A stretch of DNA of 62,988 bases, counting the filler, from Reclinomonas americana ATCC 50394 (taxonomy: Eukaryota): the NCBI GenBank assembly GCA_048213135.1. It is 20 parts of 20 records of this genome, joined end to end, with 100 filler letters (N's around TTAATTAATTAA, not from the genome) between each part and the next. Parts side by side here need not be neighbours in the genome. Positions count along the whole stretch, not along the records: positions 11,573 to 13,677 come from AFZH01023248.1; positions 13,778 to 20,464 come from AFZH01023249.1; positions 20,565 to 22,936 come from AFZH01023250.1; 17 more parts are not named here. The stretch is one strand, 5' to 3'. Shown piece by piece: positions 11,655 to 22,346 of this stretch; the first letter of the stretch is position 1; every line of letters starts with the position of its first letter. The notes under the pieces were generated by a model. It had not been told where the DNA came from and did not search any database. It saw nothing but the letters and a program-made list of their open reading frames with translations. The position numbers and the translations under genes are program-made.

Positions 11655-12535
11655 TCTCCACCCTCGTTGAATCATCGCTCTGTTATCTCTTCCTCCTCAT
11701 TCTCTCTTCCCCCTCCGCCCCCCACTTTCGCTTTCCCTTCCTTCGCGTCTTCCCTTTCCCTTCCGTCTCCACCCTCGTTGAATTATCGCTCTGTTGTCTC
11801 TGCCTCTTCCTTCTCTTTCTGCTCTCTCTTCCTTCGCGTCTTCCCTTTCCCTTCCGTGTTCTCCCTCACTGAATCATCGCTCTGTTGTTGTCTCTGCCTC
11901 TCCCTTCTCTTTCTGCATTCTCTTTCGCTTTCTCTTCCTTCGCGTCTTCCCTTTCCCTTCCGTGTTCTCCCTCGTTGAATCATCGCTCTGTTGTTGTCTC
12001 TGCCTCTTCCTTCTCTTCTGCTTTCTTCTCTTCCTTCGCATCTTCCCTCTCCCCTTCCGTCTTCATCCTCGCTGAATCATCGCTCTGTTGTTGTCTCTGC
12101 CTCTTCGTTCTCTTTCTGCTTTCTCTTCCTTCGCGTCTTTTCTTTCCCTTCCGTCATCACCCCCGTTGAACCATCGCTCTATTGTTGTCTCTGCATCTTT
12201 TCCCCTTCTGCTTTCTTCTCTTCCTTCGCATCTTCCCTTTCTCTTCTTTCGCGTCTTCCCTTTCCCTTCCGTCTTCACCCTCGTTGAATCATCGCTCTGT
12301 TGTCTCTGCCTCTTTTCCCCTTCTGCTTTCTGCTTTCTCTTCCTTCGCGTCTTCCCTTTCCCTTCCGTCTTCACCCTCGTTGAATCATTGCTCTGTTGTT
12401 GTCTCTGCCTCTCCCTTCTCTTTCTGCTTTTCTGCTTTCTCGTCTTCTCTTTCCCTTCCGTCTTCGCGCCTCTCCGATCCCTTCTCTTCTGCTCCTTCGC
12501 ATCTTCCCTCTCCCCTTCCGTCTTCATCCTCCTCT
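11655..12535. repeat. ~100-bp pyrimidine-rich minisatellite, about 8 units
   Basis: CCCTCGTTGAATCATCGCTCTGTTGTTGTCTCTGCCTC recurs. Confidence 0.85.
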
Positions 12536-14385
12536 TGCCTGTACTCTGCCTGTCTCTGTTCTCCTCTCTCCCCTCTCCCCTTTGTCCGCCATGCCACCGT
12601 TGCCTTCTTCTGTCTCCTCCACCCACCTCTCCCTCTCGCTTCAGATTCACCGATTCACTCTATACGCCCTCCTTCTTCGCCCAATTCTGCGCCCACACTC
12701 ACTTTATCGCGCTCTCCGCCTGCAGGCGATGATTGTGTGCGAGAGCGGTGCCATTCGACCGTCGCGCGCTTGTCAGCCGGCGTAATATCGATGGGAGCTC
12801 GTGTGAGCCCGTCGTCGGCCACCGCCGGATTCGCAATTAATGTGGCGCATCTTGTTCTTCCTGTTGGTGGCTCTGCGTTGATTGACCGTCACGCACTCCT
12901 CCACAGCAACTGGTGATGCTGGTGGTGTTCGACGATACACAAATGCGGGGTGAGTTGACGGGGGCGGTGAGAGGAGTGGAGAGAGAGAGAGAGAGAGAGA
13001 GAAGAGGATCGTTTGCGATTTGAGGTTGGGTGGAGCGACCAGCATGGTCATGTACTGACACGCATGATGCCATTTCTGCGACAGATGTGGGACGCATTTC
13101 GACTCGCCTGGTCCACATGCTCTACTGCAGCAGGTGCGGCTGGGCGGCATCCTGTCACTTGCCGCGGTGTCCCTTGACTGCTCGAATGCCCACACACATT
13201 TTCTGTCGATCGGTGTGTGCTTGTGGTGGTGCAACACGAGTGCCGGCTGCTCTGTTTTTTTCTTTGCTCACACATGCGCTCTCATGTCGCAGGGGAATGA
13301 GGCCTGCCATGCACCATCTGTCTATTGTGTTGTGCGAGACGGAGCGCCGTGGCGACGAGATGTGTTCATGTGCCTCGCAATGGCGCGCTCCAGCATCACA
13401 TTCAGATCTCTCCTTGCCCGCCTTGTGCGGCACCCATGACGCGGAGCGAGTACACGCTACGCCGACTGTGTTCTTGTGTCTCACATACTGAGCAGGTGAG
13501 CGATTCACGTTTCTTTTGTTTCTCGTTCTTCCTCGCCTCCACCATCCCTCGCCTTGGTCACGTTCACTTACACCCTTCACGACCCCTCCCACTCTCTTTC
13601 TCCTTCACCTCGTCTCGCCTCGTTTCGCTCTTTCTTGTGTCTTCTATTGCCTTCCTTTCTTGGCCTCTCTCCTCTACNNNNNNNNNNNNNNNNNNNNNNN
13701 NNNNNNNNNNNNNNNNNNNNNTTAATTAATTAANNNNNNNNNNNNNNNNNNNNNNNNNNNNNNNNNNNNNNNNNNNNCCCTTGTTGCTTTTCCTTGATCT
13801 CTTTTCACTTGCATCCTTCACGACTCTGTCCACTCTCACTCTCCTTCACCTCGTTTCGCTCTTCAACGACTTCCCTTTTCGGTCCCTCTCTCCTTCCTTG
13901 ATCTGTTTCACTTGCGTCCTTCACGCCTCCTCCCACTCTCACTCTCCTTTTCATCACCTCGTTTCGTTCTCTCCTGTGTCAGCTGAGCGCTCTTCAATGG
14001 CTTCCCTTTCAATGCCTCCCTCCTCTCCATCGTCCGCTCCTCAAGATCCGCCCTTTTTCTCCTTCCTTCATGTCATGCACTTGCATTATTCATGCCTCCG
14101 TGCGCCCACTCTCTCTTTCTTCTCGTCTCGCATTGTTCTGCGTCGTGTCGATTGAGGGATGCTTGCTCGTCACTGTGCCGCGTTCCTCGCTTGCTCTCCT
14201 CTTTCTCCCCATTCCGATTTGTGCCTACCCGCTCTTCTCTTCCTTTTGCACTCACGTAATTGCAGCGCGCTACTCCTCTCTCATTCTCCTCATTCCATCC
14301 CGTTCGCCGATGTCTGTCTTCTTGCCACAACCCACTCTCTCATCTGATTGTTTTTCTCACAGTCCTTTGTTCCTCTTGCGCACAG

Positions 14386-14681
14386 CGTTGGACGGTTGGG
14401 GGGAACACACTGGATGGGTAGTCTCCGTCGCCGTCACTCCCAATGGCCAGCTCGTCGTGAGTGGCAGTCAGGATAAAACGATCCATGTGTGGTCCTCGCC
14501 GCGTGCGCTGGCGCGGCAAGAGCTTGCGGCCGCACAATCCGCCGTGCTGGCCGTCAACGAGCTGCTTGCCGAAGAAGATGACCATGACTTGATCCTCGTC
14601 GATGTCATGCTGCGATGCTTTGTGCTGGAGGATGCAGAGGTGATTGAAAGCCGTGCGCCTGGATGGTGCTGGACGGAGTGA
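14386..14681 (+). pseudogene. WD40 array copy B0: only the last blade and B-type tail remain
   Basis: HTGWVVSVAVTPNGQLVVSGSQDKTIHVWSSPRALARQELAAA...APGWCWTE*. Upstream is unrelated CT-rich DNA, with no MxTK exon or other blades. Confidence 0.7.
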
Positions 14682-15510
14682 GCTCAATGAATGTACGAAG
14701 ACCGATTGTTGTCACTGCGCAACTCTGTCATGTTGGCCACCACACTGCCTCAAATGTACACGTGCCCTGGTGCTTCCTTGTTGCATTGCCAAGTGCAGGC
14801 AGCCGGAAAGCAGATACAACACAGTGCTGTGCAGAGGGATTGCAACAAGAATATGCCGAGAACGATGGATGTGTGTGGGCGATTGAGATGAGACCATGGA
14901 ATGAACAGACACACGCGTGTTGCTCGGCATTGAGCGAGTCCTCGCTCTCCCACCCACACACACGCCTTGTGCTTGTGCCTTCATGTCGCCTTGTCATTCG
15001 AACGCGGCGTTGAAGCAGCGGCAAGTGTCATCATCGCCCGCCTCCCCTTCTCACGCGGGCACCGCGTGTCCATGGAGAGCGCGTCAGGCATCGATTCAGA
15101 CGGCCACCCTTCTCACCCCACGCCACGGGCAGGGAGTGCACTTGCCCTGTGCACTCCTTTCCCGCGCGTGCGTGTGTGCCCAGACAGCTGGTGTGGTACA
15201 CGCCACTCACGAACTGCGCTGCTTCTTCCCTCTCTTTCTGAATCGTGTGTTGTTGGCCTCCACCCGACTCACGTGCGTGACTCGGAGTGAGTTGACGCTC
15301 ATGGCGTGTCGAGTTAGAACTGGCATGCATGCATGCACGCACCCTCAATTGCGCAACATCTCGCTCACATTGCTGGTTGAGAATGGAGCACCACGACGGG
15401 GACGCAGAGAGACAGGGGGGCACTGAGACACAAACAGCACCGCGAGGCGCACGCGCGCGACAGAAAGAGGATGTTGATGTTCCGTCCGATGAATCAGAGT
15501 TGGTGCTTCA
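14682..15510. repeat. B-type intergenic spacer, repeated at 29605-30448
   Basis: Shared blocks include GCTCGGCATTGAG..CCCACACACACGCCTTGTGCTTGTGCC and GATGAATCAGAGTTGGTGCTTC. Confidence 0.85.
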
Positions 15511-15581
15511 CACACACTACACACACGCGCACACATACACACACGCACGCACGCACGCACGCACTCTCACCCACTCACGCA

Positions 15582-15662
<81 letters not shown>

Positions 15663-15686
15663 ACATACATACACAACGCACGGAGA

Positions 15687-16875
15687 ATGGCAACAAAGGT
15701 GTGAATGTTTGCGCACTTTGGGTGGTTGGTGTCTGTGCGTGCATTCGTGTGCTTGTGCATGTGTGTGGTTGCTGTTTGCGTTGCTGTGCATGTGCGTGTC
15801 TTTGAATGCCTCTCCACGTGCGTCTCACCGCGAATGATCGACGCAGATCATTCAGAGTCTCGCTTCTTCGGTGCGGTCAGTCGCTGTCACTCCCGACGGC
15901 AAGCACATTGTTGGTGGATGCATGGACAGTACCGTCCGAGTGTGGTCACTGGCGAGTGGCAAAGAGGTGCGACGACTGGATGGACACACTGGTTCGGTGT
16001 GGTCTGTCGCCGTCACCCCTGATGGCCAGCGCGTTGTCAGTGGGGGTCGAGACAACACTGTGCGGGTGTGGTCGCTGTCGAGTGGAGAAGAAATGCAACG
16101 GCTGGAGGGCCACACCGACACTGTGACGTCTGTCGCCGTCACCCCCAATGGCCAGCATGTCGTGAGTGGGAGTTGGGACTGCATAGTGCGGGTGTGGTCG
16201 CTGGCGAGTGGCAAGGAGGTGCGACGGATGGAAGGACACACCGACACGGTGCGGTCTGTCGCCGTCACCCCCGATAGTCAGCATATAGTGAGTGGTAGCC
16301 ACGATAACACAGTGCGGGTGTGGTTGCTGGCGAGCGGGGAAGAGGTGCGGCGGTTAGAGGGACATACTGGATGGGTGCAGTCTGTCGCTGTTACTCCAGA
16401 TGGTCAGCACATCGTAAGCGGGGGCGGGGACTGCACCGTGCGGGTGTGGTCGCTGGTGAGTGGAGACCTAGCGCGACAGTTGGAGGGACACACTGACTGG
16501 GTGACGTCGGTCGCTGTCACCTCCAATTGTCAGCATGTCGTGAGTGGGAGCAAGGACAGCACAGTGCGGATGTGGTTTCTGGTGAGTGGCGAGGAAGAGC
16601 GATGGTTGGAGGGACATGACGGATGGGTGTCGTCTGTGGCCGTCTCTCCCGATGGTCTGCACGTTGTGAGCGCGGGTGGCTACGACAGGACGGTGCGAGT
16701 GTGGTCCACGACGCGTGGCCTTGCTCGTTTCGAACTCGACGCTGCGCGCTCGGCCATGCGAGCTGTGCAGGAGATGCAGGAGGACGAGGAGGAAGTAGAT
16801 TCTAGATCCCTTCCCGAGCTGGTTCTGCGCTGTTTCATCGTCGAGGATGCCGAGGTCGTCCTTTTCCGGTGCTGA
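15687..16875 (+). CDS. WD40 array copy A1: intact 7-blade WD40 protein plus A-type tail, join(15687..15698,15847..16875), ~346 aa
   Basis: ATGGCAACAAAG|GTGTGA...CGCAG|ATC is a phase-0 intron in frame with ORF 15871..16875. Seven 42-aa GH...SVAVTPDG...SG..D.TVRVW repeats; tail ends LPELVLRCFIVEDAEVVLFRC*. Confidence 0.9.
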
Positions 16876-19059
16876 GTCGGTGAGTCGAAGGGAGGGAAGG
16901 TGGCTGCTGGTGACTGGGAGTTGTTTTTTCGTGTCTTGCGCGGGGGTGCGGGTGATCATGTGGGTGCGGGTGGTGAAGAGAGGACGACGGAGGGGGAGAG
17001 AGAGGTCGTTGATGGTGAATTGTTATCTGTGTTTGTTTTCCTGCCATGTGAATGATAGTCTGCGGTCGTGAAGCATTTCTCCCTCTGTATGGGTGTCTTT
17101 TTCTCACCTCAGTTTGTGTGTTACAAGCGAGATGAATCACCTGGGAGGCTGTTGTGTCTTTCTGTCTCTTTGTGGTGTCTGTTGTGCGTGCATCTTTCGT
17201 CGCCCACGTATGTGCCTCAGGAGAGCAAGTCACCGACGTCTGTTTTCTCGCGTCTTCTTCTGCGCACCACTTTGGCATCACTGCTCTGCTTCCCATTGTG
17301 CCTGTGCGCCGTGGGCATTCTCCTTCCGGCTCTGAAGAATGCCTGTCTTTCAGCTCTCTCTTTTCCTGCCTCCTGCAGAGTCACTCTCTTTCTCCGCCAT
17401 CTCCCTGCCTTTGTGCGCTCATCTGATTCCCCAGCCATCCACCCCTCGTTGCCGCACACGCTCAAGGCCGAGCTGCTGGTCCGCTCACCGTGTTCCGACT
17501 GCCATCGATTGCCAGTCTATCATGGTGAGCATGTCGATGCCGAAGCTTCGAAGGAGGTATTGTCCCTGCATGCTGACTCTGCTCTCTCTCTCTCTCTCCT
17601 TTGCAGGATGGATGTGTGAGCATCTCTTGGCTTGCTTCTTGACAAACGCGTGTTGGTATCAGGTGCTGATCGGTGTGTTTGTCAGTGAGACAGACCTGGT
17701 GTCTCTCGCCTTCCTCCATTCTTTGCTCACAGTGTACCGACATGCAGGCACCTTAGGGGCAGGTCCCCCTCGTTGTTCCGTAATGATTGCAGGCGTGATG
17801 TGCATTGCCCGTTGCCGGCTGTCACCTCACTCACTCGGCTCCCACTCGCATCCCACCATGCACTCAGCAGTTGTGTGGCCCTGTTCTTCGTGATCTCTCT
17901 CTCCTCCTTCCCTCTCACTCACTTCATCCATGCAGGCCGTGCACGACACGGAGTGTGTGACGAGGTGGTTCAATGGTGGCCTGGTCGGTGGATCGTTTTC
18001 AATCCCGGTTGGCAAGTCAGAGCGGATCGATGATGTGCGCTTCTTGGTTGCCGCCGTCTCTGTCGAGTGATGATGCTGGTGGTCATGGAAGACTGCAGAC
18101 GCGTGCTCGGCAATCTACTCATGGGTGGACACATGCGTGTTTACCGATGGGTGGCCTGGTCGTTGGATCGTTTTCAATCCCGGTTGGCAAGTCAGAGCGG
18201 ATCGATGATGTGCGCTTCTTGGTTGCCGCTGTCGCCGCCAAGTAATGATGGTGATGGCCGTGGGAGACTGCAGACGCGCGCGTGGCCTGGTGCGTACGTG
18301 TTCTGCATCTTCGTTGAGGAGTAAGTTGGTGAGACTTGGAGATTGACTGACTCAATTCTGCGTGTGATCTGAACACATGTGCACAGGCGTGCTGGCAAGT
18401 GACTCGTCACTGGCATGCGAAGACACGTGGTTCTGTGCCTCACAGTACATGCATGAGACGATTCACCGACTGACTGTGAGTGTGATTGAAGGCACTAGGC
18501 ATTGATTGTGATTTGGGTGAGAGGAGGCGAGCCTCACGACGCAGCTGCCTCGTCCATCGCTGTGCTGCTGTGCTGGTCGTTCCTCTCCTGTCTCTTGTGG
18601 CTCTCCTTCTTCGTCGTACCATCATCAACCTCGCTGTGGGCCGATCCAAGGAGGTGTGAGGTATCTATGACTCGGCACTCCATGGATTCTCTGGTGTGCC
18701 GTGGCATCAGCACACCAGGGCCACAGCTGCGTATCCAAACAGCCCAGCGCTCCAGTCCTCGTTGAGAGATGATGTAGGTCAGTCGAAAGAGAGTGTCGCT
18801 GGACAGCAGCGCGATGCAGTGGAGCGCCATCTTGTGTCGCCAGCATGTCCATTCTGCCAATTTCGCATCGACCTGTCCCATGTCGGTCTTCAAAAGCCCA
18901 CACGCATCAAAGAAGCCATACTGCTGTATGTTGTGTGGGGTGCTGATTGCAGCCTGGCGAGGGATGAACGATGTCTCAGAGCAAGGCGGGCGAAGAAAGG
19001 CGGGAAACGGTGACAATCCCGAGCGAGCAAATCGCACGTGCACACTACACACACGGAAA
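16876..19059. repeat. A-type intergenic spacer (~2.1 kb), repeated after every A gene
   Basis: Clearly homologous copies at 20201-22346, 23997-26008, 27149-29142 and 30769-~32800; the A1-to-A2 period is 3373 nt. Confidence 0.9.
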
Positions 19060-20200
19060 ATGACAACAAAGGGAATTTGTGCGCACTTTTGCGTGGTTGG
19101 TGTCTGTGCGTGCATTCGTGTGCTCGTGCGTGTGTGCGGTTGTTGTTTGTGTCGCTGTGCATGTGCGTCTCACCGCGAATGATCGACGCCGATCTTTCAG
19201 AGTCTCGCTTCTTCGGTGCGGTCCGTCGCCGTCACTCCCGATAGCAAGCACATTGTCGGTGGGTGCTTGGACAGCACCTTTCGAGTGTGGTCTTTGGCGA
19301 GTGGAGAAGAAGTGCGACGGCTGGGGGGACACGCTGGCGAGGTGTTGTCTGTCGCCGTCACTCCCGATGGCCTGCACATTGTGAGTGGGGGTCGAGACAA
19401 CACAGTACGTGTGTGGTCGCTTGCGAATGGGAAGGAAGTGCGACGATTAGACGGACACACTGGATGGGTATACTCCGTCGCCGTCACTGTCGATGGTCAG
19501 CACGTTGTGAGTGGGGATGGAGACAACACAGTGCAAGTGTGGTCTCTGGCAAGTGGGGAAGAGCTGCGATGGCTGGAGGGACACACCGACATGGTGCGGT
19601 CTGTCGCCGTCACTCCCGATTGTCAACGCATTGTCAGTGGTGGTGGAGACAACACCGTACGGGTATGGTTGCTGGCGAGTTGGAGGGCCGGGGCACTTTG
19701 ACATGGTGTGGTCTGTTGCTATGACTCTCGACGGTCGACGCATTGTGAGCGGCAGTTTCGACGAGACAGTGCGAGTGTGGTCATTGGCGAGTGGAGAAGA
19801 GATTCGCCGACTAGAGGGACACACTGACTGGGTGTCTTCTGTCGCCATCACTCCTGACAGTCAGCACATTGTTAGCGGGAGCGGAGACAGCACTGTGCGG
19901 GTGTGGTCTCTGGCGAGTGGCGAGGAAGTACGACGGTTGGTGGGACATGACGGATGGGTATCGTGTGTGGCCGTGTCTCCCGATGGTCAGCACATTGTAA
20001 GTGCGGGTGGCCAAGATAAGACCGTGAGAGTGTGGTCGACGCCGCGTGGCCTTGCTCGCCTCGAACTCGACGCCGCTCGCTCCGCCATGCAGGCTGTGCA
20101 GGAGATGCAGGAGGAAGAAGTAGATTCACGATGCCTTCCCGAGCTTGTTCTGCGCTGTTTCATCGTCGAGGATGCCGAGGTCGTTCTTTTCCGGTGCTGA
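19060..20200 (+). pseudogene. WD40 array copy A2: 7 blades, damaged splice donor and frameshift at ~19680-19690
   Basis: AAG|GGAATT replaces AAG|GTGTGAATT. The blade 4-5 linker is 10 nt instead of 24 nt, which splits ORFs 19216..19701 and 19511..20200. Confidence 0.8.
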
Positions 20201-22346
20201 GTTGGTGAGTCGAAGGGAGGGAGAGCGGTGGCTGCTGGTGATTGTGAGTTGTTTTTCGTGTCTTGCGGGGGAGAGTGAGTGGGGGAAGAGAGGATGACGG
20301 AGGAGGAGTGAGAGGTCGTTGTTGATGATGAATTGTTCTCCCGTGCTTGCTGCCCTTTCATGTGAATGGGAGTGTGCGGGTGTGAAGCATGTCTCCCTCT
20401 GTTGGCGTGTCTCTTTCTCACCTCAATTTGTGTGTGTGCGATGAATCACTTGGAGTCTGTGATTNNNNNNNNNNNNNNNNNNNNNNNNNNNNNNNNNNNN
20501 NNNNNNNNTTAATTAATTAANNNNNNNNNNNNNNNNNNNNNNNNNNNNNNNNNNNNNNNNNNNNGCTTTTTCGTCTCGTCGTAAAGTCTGTTGTGCGTGC
20601 ATCTTTCGTCGCTGATCATGATATACGTGCCTCATGAGAGCAAGTCACCGTTGTCTGTTTCCCTCGCGTCTTGTTTTTCGCACCTCCTTGGCACCGCCAT
20701 ACTCTGCTTCCCATTGGCGCGTGCGCCGTGGACATTCTCCCTCCGGCTCTGAAGAATGCCTGTCTTTCAGCTCCCTTTTTCCTGCCTCCTGCAGAGTCTA
20801 TCTCTTTCTCCGCCATCTCCCTGCCTTTGTGCGCTCATCTGATTCCCCAGTCGTCCACCCCATCCTTCCCGCACACGCTCGAGGCCGAGCATGCTTCTTG
20901 CTCATGATGCACCGACTGCCATCCTGCCAGTCCATCATGGTGAGCTTCCCGATGCCGAAGTGTGTGAGGTGGCATACCTGCATACTGACTCTGCTCCTTC
21001 TCTCCCTTGTAGGATGATTGTGTGAGCATCCCTCGCCTTGCCCCTTGCCCAAACGCGTGTTGGTATCAGGTGCTGATCGGTGTGTTCGTCAGTGAGACAG
21101 TGCAGATGTCTCTCCTCTTCCACCATTCTTTTGCTCACATCGCACACACATGCAGACACCATGGATGTGTTCCTCGTCATTGGCCGTGACGATGACAGAC
21201 GTGCTGTGCATCGCCCATTCCCGGCTGTCACCCCACTCACTCGGCTCCCCATCCGCATCCCATCATGCACGATGCAGGTGGACTTGTTCGGCGTGATCTC
21301 TCTTTCCTCCCACCCTCCCACTCACCTCAATTATGCAGGCCGTGCACGTCATGGAGAGCGTGGCGTGGGTGGGTGTACACATGCGTGTCGTGATGTGCGA
21401 TGGATGGCCTGGTCGGTGGATCGTTTTCAATCTCAACTGGCAAGTCGGAGCGGATCGATGATGTGCGCTCCTTGGTTGCTGCTGTCACTGCCGAGTGATG
21501 CTGGTGGTGGCGCCGGCCACGGGAGACTGCAGACTCGTGCCAGGCTAGCAACACATGGTGCCTGCGTGTTCTGTATCTGCACTGAGGAGCAAGTTGGCGA
21601 GACTTGGAGACAGGCTGACTCCGCCTGTATGTGATCTGAACACAGGCGTGCTGGCAAGTGACTGGCATGCGACGACACGTGGTTCTGTGCCTCACAGTAC
21701 ATGCGCGAGACGATTCACCGGCCGACTGTGAGTGTGATTGAAGGCACGCACGAGGCATTGATTGTGACTTGGGTGAGAGGGAGGCGAGCCTCACGACGCA
21801 GCTGCCTCTTCAATCGCTGTGCACGTGCTACTGTACTGGTCGCTCCTCTCCTGTTCCCTGTGACTCTCCTTCTTCGTCGTACCATCATGACGTGCACCTC
21901 GTCAGCTTCGCTGTGAGCCGATCCAAGGAGGCTTGAGGTTTCGAAGACTCGGTGCTCAATGGATTCTCGAGTGTGCTGTGCCGTGGCATCAGCACACCAG
22001 GGCCACAACTGCGTATCCAAGCAGCACGACATGCCAGTCCTCGTTGACAGAGAATGCTGGCCGGTCGAAAGAGAGTGTCGCTGGACAGCAGCGCGATGCA
22101 GTGGAGCGCCACCTCGTCACACCACCACCCTGCTTGTCGTCGTCCATTCTGCCGATTTCCCATCGACGAGTTTCATGTCGGTCTTCGGATTCCCACACGC
22201 ATGAACAAAGCCACATTGCTCTCATACTGCTGTATGTTGTGTGGGGTACTGGCTGCAGCCTGGCGAGGGATGCGGGACGTCTCAGAGCAAGGCGGGAAAC
22301 GGTGACAATCCCGAGCGAGTAAATCACACACTCACACGATACGAGA

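Noticed and set aside
10585..12535. Regular repeats resembling CRISPR arrays
   Set aside because: Whole units are homologous with no unique spacers; these are eukaryotic minisatellites.
9105..13677. Long Ser/Leu/Phe/Pro-rich ORFs in the ORF track
   Set aside because: They arise from CT-rich low-complexity DNA that lacks stops. A few exon-like segments (~10313-10425, ~12726-12916) could not be assigned.
15835..15837. In-frame TGA at a Trp position in three WD40 copies, suggesting UGA=Trp recoding
   Set aside because: It falls inside the intron once the shifted acceptor is used. All blade Trp codons are TGG and TGA is the real stop of these genes.
18534..19115. 193-aa minus-strand ORF in the A spacer
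   Set aside because: Frame and length are not conserved in the other four spacer copies.
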